From: Candidatus Melainabacteria bacterium 17Bon1m
GTDB lineage: Bacteria > Cyanobacteriota > Vampirovibrionia > Obscuribacterales > Obscuribacteraceae
Direction: 5' to 3'
NCBI GenBank assembly: GCA_032128875.1
Contig: JAVLKG010000003.1
Span: forward strand, 1-64,000
DNA length: 64,000 bases
A program made the translations under genes and the position numbers. The notes under the pieces are model-generated. The model was given only the letters and a program-made list of their open reading frames with translations, was not told where the DNA came from and searched no databases. This document shows positions 30,791-39,536 of this stretch, one piece after another (position 1 is the stretch's first letter; each line of letters starts with the position of its first letter).

Positions 30791-31033
30791 TTGAGCAGAT
30801 CCTACAGAAAGTCTCCCTTTTGCGGGATTACTACTGCAGAAAGCGAAAAGAAAGACAAGCAGCTTGCCCACCGTCGTGAGCGCCGCATTGTCCGCCAGGT
30901 CCTCGGCAGCGACCCGCTTCGCCCTGTTCTTCCGCACCGCCGCGAGGTATCCAACGTGTGGAGCTTTGACAAGGACGGCAAGCAGCGTTTGTCTCCTGAC
31001 TTGCCTTGCTACCTCAAGATTATGAGGAAGTGA
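30791..31033 (+). CDS. Small basic hypothetical protein (MSRSYRK...DGK)
   Basis: GAGG RBS before TTG 30791; 80 aa, Arg/Lys-rich. Confidence 0.7.
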   Translation: MSRSYRKSPFCGITTAESEKKDKQLAHRRERRIVRQVLGSDPLRPVLPHRREVSNVWSFDKDGKQRLSPDLPCYLKIMRK

Positions 31034-31325
31034 GCCTCGGGGTGCGGGAAAACACAGGTTTTTCTGCACCCCATTTTATTCAAAATGTTGATACTAAAGC
31101 TGATAGTAGCGCTGGTGCCGCAATTTCTTGTGACACCATAAGTAGTGGCGTTTTCTTCGATGATCTAGCGCCGTGCGTATGCAAGGATTGAATTTCCTTC
31201 TCTCCTTTATCTATAAATCCCGCGAAATTCAGCAAAAAATTTTTTTCCTTCGAGGCAATCGATTTCAAAACTTTTTAAGATCTGCCGTTGTATTGTCTGA
31301 GCGTGAACTCGAGGAGATGCCTCCG

Positions 31326-31769
31326 ATGCTACAGAATTCTGTTAACAGCGCCCAATCCGCCGGCTTTAACCCCAATATGACTGCGTCTGTTTCGTCCCCC
31401 ACGCTTAGAGCGCAGCAAGAAACACAGTACGATTTGAAGCCGGTTTCAATGATGTTTACGCATCCGCTTATTCTCGAATCTCCTTGCAATCAAGAGAGCA
31501 GCGAAGTCGATGAAGAGGGCGGTCAGCTGCGGGCTGAACTCATGCAATTGTTTCCTGAGGATTCTCGACTTTGGGACGTTCTATTGCCGATCCTTCAAGG
31601 AGAAAATCTTACTGAACGCCGCCGCCTCCAAATTGAAGCGTGCCTGAAGTTTCCGCATGTCATCGATGTGCAGGAAGCTTACGTAAAACGCGCTCTTGGT
31701 GAGGAACTGACTGATTTTGAAGAATTGCTTTTACGGAGGATGGATGGGGCGGTAGATTGCAGTCCCTAA
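31326..31769 (+). CDS. Hypothetical protein
   Basis: GAGGAG RBS before ATG 31326; acidic helical C-terminal half. Confidence 0.6.
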   Translation: MLQNSVNSAQSAGFNPNMTASVSSPTLRAQQETQYDLKPVSMMFTHPLILESPCNQESSEVDEEGGQLRAELMQLFPEDSRLWDVLLPILQGENLTERRRLQIEACLKFPHVIDVQEAYVKRALGEELTDFEELLLRRMDGAVDCSP

Positions 31770-31814
31770 CCAAGACTGAAAATCTGCCGCTTTATTCTCC
31801 GCAAAGAGATTTGC

Positions 31815-32930
31815 CTAAGCCGATTGCGGTCCCCTGACGTCGAGTTTGGGGATCGCAAAGCTGAATGTACTTCCTTTGCCGACTTCCGACTCTAGCCAGA
31901 TTTTGCCCTTGTGTGCATCGATTAGTGATTTGCAAATCGCCAGACCTAAACCAAACCCGCGTCGCTTCAAATTTTTAGGTTGGTTGAGTTGTTTGTAGCG
32001 CTGAAAAATAGCTTCTCTTTGGTTTTCCGGTATACCCGGTCCATGGTCGATAACGCTAAATTGGGTGGAATCCGCACCGCCTACACCCTTGATCAATACT
32101 TCCGAATCCGCCTCGGAATATTTAACGGCGTTGGAGACCAGATTGATCAAGACTTGCACCAACCGATCTTCATCAGCGATAAGTCCGCCCTCAGTTATCT
32201 CGGTGACGACCCTGACTTTCTGCGCTTTTGAAGCATCCTGTGTGGCATCTATCACCTTTCTGATGATGGTGCTGACTGAAGTTGCTTGAAGTTCAATTTC
32301 CAAATCCCCCGACTCCAGCTTTTCGGCATCAAGCAAATCGCTGACAAGTTTGATCAGATAGTCAGCGTTGGACTGGGCTCTTTTCACTGCTGTGTAGCCG
32401 GAGTCTTCAAGCTTACCGAAGCGGTCTTGTCCCAGCATCGAGAGAAGCATATTGATTGAAGTGAGTGGTGTGCGCAGGTCGTGGCTTACCATTTGCACGA
32501 AATCCTTACGCAGTTGTTCCAATCTCTGTTTTTCTGTCACATCTTGAACGTGCAAGAAAGTTCGCTTGATACCTTCTTCTTCAAAGTCATTGGCGAAGAT
32601 CTCGCAAACGATATAGTCTTGTGATTTTACTTTGCCGGGCGTTCTTTTGAGCCCCGAATCAGGCTCTACAGTCTCTATTTCAGGGAAGAGAAACTTGATG
32701 TTTTGTCCGGCTAATTCTCTGGGCGTGTAAGAAAAAATTTGTTCGATGCGGGAGTTTGCGGCCTCAATCTTCATGTCGCTGTTAAGCACCAGAAGCCCTA
32801 GGGGCAGGCTGGTAAGGATTTTGCGAGTGCGGCTTTGAATTGTCTCAAGCGTTTGCATGAGTTTGGCTATAACCATCTCTTGCTGCTCGACTGTTTTTTG
32901 TAGTTCTTCTTTAGATGCCGCGTCTGCCAT
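31815..32930 (-). CDS. PAS-domain cytoplasmic sensor histidine kinase
   Basis: SHDLRTPL H-box, NAVKYS, DHGPGI, GLGLAI, GKGSTF; no TM segment. Confidence 0.95.
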   Translation of the reverse strand: MADAASKEELQKTVEQQEMVIAKLMQTLETIQSRTRKILTSLPLGLLVLNSDMKIEAANSRIEQIFSYTPRELAGQNIKFLFPEIETVEPDSGLKRTPGKVKSQDYIVCEIFANDFEEEGIKRTFLHVQDVTEKQRLEQLRKDFVQMVSHDLRTPLTSINMLLSMLGQDRFGKLEDSGYTAVKRAQSNADYLIKLVSDLLDAEKLESGDLEIELQATSVSTIIRKVIDATQDASKAQKVRVVTEITEGGLIADEDRLVQVLINLVSNAVKYSEADSEVLIKGVGGADSTQFSVIDHGPGIPENQREAIFQRYKQLNQPKNLKRRGFGLGLAICKSLIDAHKGKIWLESEVGKGSTFSFAIPKLDVRGPQSA

Positions 32931-32956
32931 TGACCTGTGTAAAACTCCTCGAATGC

Positions 32957-35900
32957 TCAGCGACTGGCGATCAATGTTTTTTCCGAAGAAGAGCCTTGAA
33001 TGTCTTTTGGTTTTACGCGCGTGTGCTCGAGAATGCTTTCGACATAAGACTCGAAATTGTATTTATCCATCACTATCTTCGCTGCAATTGCGCCATCTTT
33101 CGCGCGCTCGGCGGGACTTTCAATGTACCGGCAAATGTTGTCTGCCATTGCCGTCACATCGAGATAGTTTACAAGCCGTCCTCCGCCATCTTTCAAAATT
33201 TCCTCTACTCCTCCGCTACCTGCAAAAGCTACGACAGGCAAAGAACAAGCCATCGCCTGGTGTACGACACAGGGGAGAGGGTCGAGCCTGGAGGGCAGCA
33301 AAAATAGGTCGGCACCCGAGAACAACGGTTCGATTTTGTCGGTGGTCTCCAGGAAATGGACCCTGTCTTTGATTGCAGACTGCTCAGCATCTCGTTTTGC
33401 CCAAGAAAGCGGCTCGCCGCCGGCGGAATGAGAGCCACCGATCCACACGAAGCGCGCTTTGGGATGCTTCGAGATGACGGCCTTCGCGACCTGTACAAAA
33501 ATATCTATGCCCTTTCGCATTTCGGCGGTGCCGCAAGATAGTACGATGAAGTCTCCGTCTCGTGCTCCAGTCGCTTTAACCACCTCTTTGACAGCTTCTT
33601 CTCGCTTAATGCGGCTGCCGAATTCGCTGTCGATTAGACCTTGCGAGATGATTTCGAAATTCGTCCAGGGTCCGGCGCAATGTTTTTGAGCATCACTAAG
33701 AATCTGTTGGCATGAGAAAACCGCAAGATCAGAGTGTCTTCTTAAACTCTCTCTGGTGTGATGTGGGTAGAGGTTGAGAAACTCATGGAGGAGCGTAATC
33801 ACTCGCATCTGTCGCTTTTTGAGGGCGCTGTGAAAAGGATGCATCTCAGCAGAGTTGAGAATGATCGTATTTGACGACAAGCGACCTTCGGTCTCCAGTC
33901 GGTCAAGATGATTAATAAGCGCTGATTGTTGTTCTACAATCTGCGAGAGGTCGATGATATCGAAATCGTTCGCTAATTCTTGCAATAGCTCACCGGACTT
34001 GGGCAGGAAAATCAGCGGAGTGATCCCGCGTTTTTTCAAACCACGCGCAAGCTCGAGTCCTACTAGAGGCGCGCCTGTTCTGCTTGCTTCGTGAAGTCCA
34101 ATGATTACGTCGTAGACTTTTTTGTTGTCTTTAGCAATCAGCGAAGTAGTTGCAGGTGCAGGGTTGTCTGACGTAAATTCAGTCTCTTTCTCATGGCGTA
34201 AATCAGTGCAAAGGTTGGCGCCAGGTTGGGTAGTGTGGCGCCCCTCGGCGGCACCGAAGAGAAGGAAGTGTGCAAGCGGGTTTTGTCCGGATTCCTTAAC
34301 GTCGCTGTAGTGGTTGATGTACCAGTCAGTGTCGAAGAAGGTGCTTGTCGGAATGCCTTGTTGGGCTCCTTGCTGGATGAAGTGAATAAGCGGGTTTCCG
34401 GGATAGTCGATACGTCTCAATGTAAGCTGTTGTCGATAATAATCCAGATCGAAGAGAGGTGATGGGTTGAGCTTGAGTTTGCAGCCTTTTTCGAGGAAGT
34501 GAACGACTGCATCAGTGACGTTTTCGCCTTTTCGTCTGCATTGTTTTTTGTAGTAGTTTTCATCAAATATGCCGCTCTTTTCTATTAATTCGATCTCTGT
34601 GCTGAGCGAGCATTGTTGGCGCCGAGACTTGATTTTCAAGCTGCTTATATTGGTTTTGATCCGACTAATGAATGGCGCCGTATTTGGTGCGGGAATGGCT
34701 GCATAAAGATTGTTTTTCAAATCTGTAATGAGTTGGCTCTGCAGTTGAGTTTCTCTTTGCAGTCGGTTCAGTTCATCCAAAGCTTGAGCATGCCTGCCAT
34801 TTTCGTCCACCAGGCGCTCGTATGCCGCCAGTACTTTCACGTATTCCTGGTGGATTATTTGATACCGTTCCAACTCCTCTTTAAGCATCGAAATCTGTTC
34901 GCGGTTCTCCTTTTGAGCGCGGTGATATTCGTTGTATAGAGATAAGTAATAGCTGTCCAGTCGTGCGATTACATCAGGCCAGTGTTTTTCGAAAAGACTT
35001 CGATTGAACGCAATGAGATTGGACATTCTCTTCTCCACATCTATCGAGCCCAGACCGCTGTCGTTTTTGTGATACATCCAAAGCGGACCTTCGATTCGCG
35101 CCAGAGCGAAATCATTGGCGGCCACGCTTAAAAGAAATTGGTGATCAGAGCCAAGCGGCATGTCTTCACGGTAGCCGGCAATTTTGTCGAAAACTTTTCT
35201 GTGATAAAGGAAAGTAGGAAAGCCTTCCTTATGGCACAGAAGATTGACGAGATTCGCCTTCGGCGTCATCAGATACTCGCTGCCGCCAAACCACTGCATT
35301 TGTGTGTATACGGCGTCCAGTTTTCCAGCTACAGCTGCTTGCACGCAGCGCATAACGAATTCTTTGTGGAGAATATCGTCTGCATCGAGCGGCACGATGT
35401 ACGTGCCGGAAGACGCTTGAATAGCTGTATTGCGAGCGGCAGAAACGCCTCGATTTGTTTTGTGAGTGATTAGTTTGATGCGTGAAAGCAGCTGGGCGTC
35501 AAGGATTGAGGTGGCAGGATAGTCGCTGGATGCATCGTCAACTACGATAACTTCCACGTGCTGATAGCTTTGGTTCAGGGCGCTGGAGACTGATCTGCAG
35601 AGGTCTTCTGGCTTTTCGTAATACGAAATAATGATTGAGACCAATTCTGCAGGATTTTCTATCAGCTCTCTGCGTTGCGCAAATCTATCCCAGCAGTCTG
35701 TAAGCAGGTGCGATTGATCTTTGGCGCTGCAGAGCTTGGCGCGCTCAAATCCCTTTTGGCGCATCTCTTCGGGGTAGGGCTGCTCGAGGAGAGCGGGTAC
35801 TTCTGTGATTGATTTGTAGAGGATACCCGCCCCTTGAAGGTTTTTCAGTTGCTCTTCGCGGCGTTCCGGCAGTTCTTGCCACAGCACTCCGAGCCCACTG

Positions 35901-36808
35901 GCTTGGGCTTCTACCATGCCGACTGGAAAGCCAACTCTGTTGATTTTCGGATCTGCAGGGTAAACAAGCCAGTCATACTGCGCATAGATTTCCGGCATCT
36001 CGTCTGGGTCGACATACATGATTCGCACGGGTTTTCCTTTCGAATCGTTGTATTTGACTGTGTCTTGCAGGGTGTAGCCGTCGGTGTACAAGTCGAAGCT
36101 CAAGTCAGATCCGGCTTCTTTCATCATCAATGCAAGATCGACAAAATCTTTGTGAGCCTTCTTGGGGCTAGATGGTCCTGCGCAAATGATCTTGCCGGTC
36201 TTTTCACGCTTTTCCGGCTTGTAAAATTTCTCGAAATTGATCAGTGGATAGCAATCGACAAGCTTTGATTCAGCTAGTCCGTGGTCTGTCAGGCGTTGCC
36301 TGAATTGAGGCATTGCAAGAATTCCGGCGCACCAGGCGCTGTTTGAAAGTGCACATAACTTTTCCAGTTTTACAGCTGGTTCTCTGAGAACGTCCATTGA
36401 ATGCGTTCTCACTGTAAAAGGCAGCTTGTGAATTTCGGCTAAATGCTGCAATAAAATCGTCAGCCCGAAGTAATGTGCATGAAGAATGTCCGGTTTGAAT
36501 TCTTTGATTACTTCTTCTACGCTGGCCAAAAACCTCACAGACTCTGGCTTTGTTAGCTCCCAATCGACTTGCTCGAAAGGGTAATAAACGAAGCAAGGCA
36601 GGTCATAGTCGATAAGGGTGTAGTTGAAAGTTTTTCGTCTCGGGAAGGGAGATTTCTTGTAGGTGATTATATGAACGTCATAATCCTCTGCAAGGTTGCG
36701 CAATTCCTCGTGCATGTAAGTTTCGGAAAAGTTGGGATATTGGACGATAAACACCAGTATCCGTGGCTTTTGCGAGGTTTCTGATGGCAATTTCTGCTCC
36801 TCCGGCAA
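32957..36808 (-). CDS. Multidomain glycosyltransferase (GT4-like + GT2 + coiled coil + FD..YY repeats + GT4)
   Basis: SETY/HAHY, VVDDAS/LDADD, FDENYY/FDLDYY/FDTDWY, RKG.D and PSRLDP motifs. Confidence 0.9.
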   Translation of the reverse strand: MPEEQKLPSETSQKPRILVFIVQYPNFSETYMHEELRNLAEDYDVHIITYKKSPFPRRKTFNYTLIDYDLPCFVYYPFEQVDWELTKPESVRFLASVEEVIKEFKPDILHAHYFGLTILLQHLAEIHKLPFTVRTHSMDVLREPAVKLEKLCALSNSAWCAGILAMPQFRQRLTDHGLAESKLVDCYPLINFEKFYKPEKREKTGKIICAGPSSPKKAHKDFVDLALMMKEAGSDLSFDLYTDGYTLQDTVKYNDSKGKPVRIMYVDPDEMPEIYAQYDWLVYPADPKINRVGFPVGMVEAQASGLGVLWQELPERREEQLKNLQGAGILYKSITEVPALLEQPYPEEMRQKGFERAKLCSAKDQSHLLTDCWDRFAQRRELIENPAELVSIIISYYEKPEDLCRSVSSALNQSYQHVEVIVVDDASSDYPATSILDAQLLSRIKLITHKTNRGVSAARNTAIQASSGTYIVPLDADDILHKEFVMRCVQAAVAGKLDAVYTQMQWFGGSEYLMTPKANLVNLLCHKEGFPTFLYHRKVFDKIAGYREDMPLGSDHQFLLSVAANDFALARIEGPLWMYHKNDSGLGSIDVEKRMSNLIAFNRSLFEKHWPDVIARLDSYYLSLYNEYHRAQKENREQISMLKEELERYQIIHQEYVKVLAAYERLVDENGRHAQALDELNRLQRETQLQSQLITDLKNNLYAAIPAPNTAPFISRIKTNISSLKIKSRRQQCSLSTEIELIEKSGIFDENYYKKQCRRKGENVTDAVVHFLEKGCKLKLNPSPLFDLDYYRQQLTLRRIDYPGNPLIHFIQQGAQQGIPTSTFFDTDWYINHYSDVKESGQNPLAHFLLFGAAEGRHTTQPGANLCTDLRHEKETEFTSDNPAPATTSLIAKDNKKVYDVIIGLHEASRTGAPLVGLELARGLKKRGITPLIFLPKSGELLQELANDFDIIDLSQIVEQQSALINHLDRLETEGRLSSNTIILNSAEMHPFHSALKKRQMRVITLLHEFLNLYPHHTRESLRRHSDLAVFSCQQILSDAQKHCAGPWTNFEIISQGLIDSEFGSRIKREEAVKEVVKATGARDGDFIVLSCGTAEMRKGIDIFVQVAKAVISKHPKARFVWIGGSHSAGGEPLSWAKRDAEQSAIKDRVHFLETTDKIEPLFSGADLFLLPSRLDPLPCVVHQAMACSLPVVAFAGSGGVEEILKDGGGRLVNYLDVTAMADNICRYIESPAERAKDGAIAAKIVMDKYNFESYVESILEHTRVKPKDIQGSSSEKTLIASR

Positions 36809-36963
36809 GATGAGTCATTTGGATACCGGTCATCACGGTTTATGACCAATGTTGAATTGACCGCCAATCATAGTTGCAAGCACGATAAGGCGAATTAACA
36901 ACCATTCATAGCCAACTGGCTGCAGAAAGAAGAAAAAATCGATGGAAACGGGCGCGACTGAAA

Positions 36964-37632
36964 TCAGGTGACGAGCTTGTAGCCGACGCCATGAACGTTT
37001 TCAATCAAGCCATTGTCGTCAGGTGAAACCTTGTCTCTGAGCGTTTTTAGTGTGGTGTAAACAGTAGAAAGCGTGACAGCTTTGTCCGACTGCCAGACTC
37101 GATCGAGCAGCGCCTCAGGTTTGAAGCACTTGTTGGGATTGAGCAGGAGAAACTGCAACAAGGCGAACTCTTTGGGCAGCAATTTTATGCTAGCTCCGTC
37201 GCGGGTAACTTCGCGCGTGTCGATATCGAGAGTGATGTTGCGGGCTGAAAGCTTATTGGAAGTAACGGCGTGACCGCGGCGCAGGAGCGAGCGGAGCCTG
37301 GCGTGCAGTTCTCTCGTGTCAAAAGGTTTCGTCAGATAATCATCGGCACCGCTGTCCAGACCGGAAGTTTTATCATCAATACCACGATTGCCTGTGAGCA
37401 TCAGAATAGGCGTAGTGTTGCCCTTGTCTCTATAGGTTTTGCAGACTTCAACTCCCGAAATTCCGGGCAAGGTGACGTCTAAGAGGATCAGGTCAAACTT
37501 TGTGGCATCCAGGAGCTCAAGCGCTTCCTCGCCCGAGCCGGCCGTTTCCACCGTGTAATGGGAGCCTGTAAGCTCGATTTTGAGCAAGTCTTGGAGTTCG
37601 TCGTCGTCTTCAACTACCAGAATTTTAGCCAC
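36964..37632 (-). CDS. OmpR family response regulator
   Basis: VVEDD, LLD, GADDYLTKPF, winged-helix GVGY. Confidence 0.96.
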   Translation of the reverse strand: MAKILVVEDDDELQDLLKIELTGSHYTVETAGSGEEALELLDATKFDLILLDVTLPGISGVEVCKTYRDKGNTTPILMLTGNRGIDDKTSGLDSGADDYLTKPFDTRELHARLRSLLRRGHAVTSNKLSARNITLDIDTREVTRDGASIKLLPKEFALLQFLLLNPNKCFKPEALLDRVWQSDKAVTLSTVYTTLKTLRDKVSPDDNGLIENVHGVGYKLVT

Positions 37633-37794
37633 TTTCGATCCGCTTCAAAGGAGGTTGAGCTGCCCGCGCTTGCTACTTACCCGCTGCCAGCCGGGCACAA
37701 ACTACCGCATAATAGCAGTTGCAGTGTAGTTGCTCTAATCAGCGCTAATTGCCAAAATGTCCATGCTTAATAAGCCGCACCCCTGACCTAGCAG

Positions 37795-39402
37795 ATGACA
37801 ACCGGGAAGCTCCTTTCAACTTTTTTCCTTCTGGCGACCTTCAGCAGTTTTTTTTGCTGGGCAGGTTGCCCGCCTGCTGACGCGCGCTGTTATACGCTCT
37901 ATGAACAAGCCCTGGATGACCTGGATGAAAGCCGGTGGACAAAGGCTGAAGAGAAGCTCAAAAGGCTGGTCGCAGAAGAGCCGAACAATGCCGAATACCA
38001 TGCCGATTTGGGCCGTTATTACATGGACGTCGACAATTTGCCGGAAATGGAAGCGGCGCTGACGCGCGCAATTAAGCTGGACGACAAGTTGCTGCGGGCA
38101 TACGAGTTTCGCTCTTACTATTATTTTCGCAAAGGACGCTTCAAGGAAGGTCTAGCCGACGCTAAAAAAGCAGAAGCGTTGTATTGCGTAAATCCACATG
38201 ATTGGGGGCTTTGGAACGTTTTTCAAAACCGTGCAAAAGTTTATTCGCGTATGGGCATGGTCAATGAAGCGCGCGCTGATAGAGAAAAACAATTGCTCTT
38301 CGAGATACTCGATCGAGCGGGAAAGGCTCGTGAGGTTGGTCAACTTCCAGAAGCACTCAAGCAAATTGACGAAGGTTTGAAGATTGATCCGCTGCATGCT
38401 GATTTGTGGTTTTTGCGCGGCGTCGTCAATGCAAACATGATGAAGTTCTGGGAGGCAGTTGCCGACTACAATAAGGCGCTGCGCTACTCTCCGGCATCTA
38501 CGATGATTTATTACTTTCGTGGCGACTGTTATGAACAGTTGGGCAAACATCAGCAAGCGGTCGACGACTACACTCGCGTAATAAATGCGGGTGATGAACT
38601 TGTAGCCTATCGTTTTGTATGTGAGACAGGAAGGCTCCGTAATGAGGTTTTGCGTGACGACACCACGTGTATTTCGCTTGGTGATGTTTATTTCCTGCGC
38701 GCTCAAGCATATGCCGCAATGGGTAAATTAACTGCCGCAGTAAAAGACCTCGACTATGTTGCAGCGCATGATAAAACCGACGACAAAGCGCTAGCAAGGC
38801 GCGCCGAGATAATCGAAAGCATGGGCAAGAGTGATGATTCGATCAAGGATTTTACGCGCGCGATTAATGCGAACAGCAAGAATATACAAGGCTATGTTTC
38901 TCGTGCCGAAGCCTATCTGCGCCTTGGAAAAGACGATGAGGCTATCGCTGATTTTACTCAAGTAATCAAAATGAACCCGGACGATCCTGGTTCGTACGTA
39001 TTGCGTGCAGGTGCTTACAAAACCATCGGCAGATATGATGACGCGATTGCTGACTATACAAAAGCGATGACAAAACAAATGGAAGACGACTTGTTGTTGG
39101 AGCGAGCGGATTGCTATCGCGCGGTGCACCGTTATGACGAGGCGTTGAGAGACCTGGACAAAGCGGTCGAGATTGATGCTTCAAATCGTGTTCTTGTGAG
39201 TGCCTTAAGAGCGAAGATTTTCCAGGAGAAGGGTGAAGATCAAAACGCTCGTGTAGAACTTTTGGAGCTGGAGAAAAAACATCAAACAGACATTCACAAA
39301 AATGACGGGTTGTTTGCTGCTGTTGGTGTCGGTATTGCTCTATTCATGCTTGGGCTAACCTGGCTGGCTTTTAAAGCCTGGAAGAAACGGAAGGTTAAGT
39401 AG
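37795..39402 (+). CDS. TPR repeat protein with signal peptide and C-terminal TM anchor
   Basis: Many A..DY..A TPR repeats; hydrophobic N- and C-termini; KKRK tail. Confidence 0.9.
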   Translation: MTTGKLLSTFFLLATFSSFFCWAGCPPADARCYTLYEQALDDLDESRWTKAEEKLKRLVAEEPNNAEYHADLGRYYMDVDNLPEMEAALTRAIKLDDKLLRAYEFRSYYYFRKGRFKEGLADAKKAEALYCVNPHDWGLWNVFQNRAKVYSRMGMVNEARADREKQLLFEILDRAGKAREVGQLPEALKQIDEGLKIDPLHADLWFLRGVVNANMMKFWEAVADYNKALRYSPASTMIYYFRGDCYEQLGKHQQAVDDYTRVINAGDELVAYRFVCETGRLRNEVLRDDTTCISLGDVYFLRAQAYAAMGKLTAAVKDLDYVAAHDKTDDKALARRAEIIESMGKSDDSIKDFTRAINANSKNIQGYVSRAEAYLRLGKDDEAIADFTQVIKMNPDDPGSYVLRAGAYKTIGRYDDAIADYTKAMTKQMEDDLLLERADCYRAVHRYDEALRDLDKAVEIDASNRVLVSALRAKIFQEKGEDQNARVELLELEKKHQTDIHKNDGLFAAVGVGIALFMLGLTWLAFKAWKKRKVK

Positions 39403-39419
39403 GGGAAGTCTAAGTCTAA

Positions 39420-39529
39420 GTAGGGTAAGCGCATGCGCTTCCCTGTCAGGGAGCCGCATGCGGCTCCCCTACGTGCAAGCCGCATGTGGCTCCCCTACGT
39501 GCAAGCCGCATACAGCTCCCCTACGTGCG
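39420..39529. repeat. REP doublet plus a 26-bp tandem triplication of its end
   Basis: gtagggtaagcgcatgcgcttccct-gtca-gggagccgcatgcggctcccctac; unit agccgcatgcggctcccctacgtgca x3 at 39452-39529. Confidence 0.85.
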
Positions 39530-39536
39530 GGTCGTC

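Noticed and set aside
39452-39529. Possible CRISPR mini-array
   Set aside because: Units are contiguous with no unique spacers, REP-derived, and no cas genes are present
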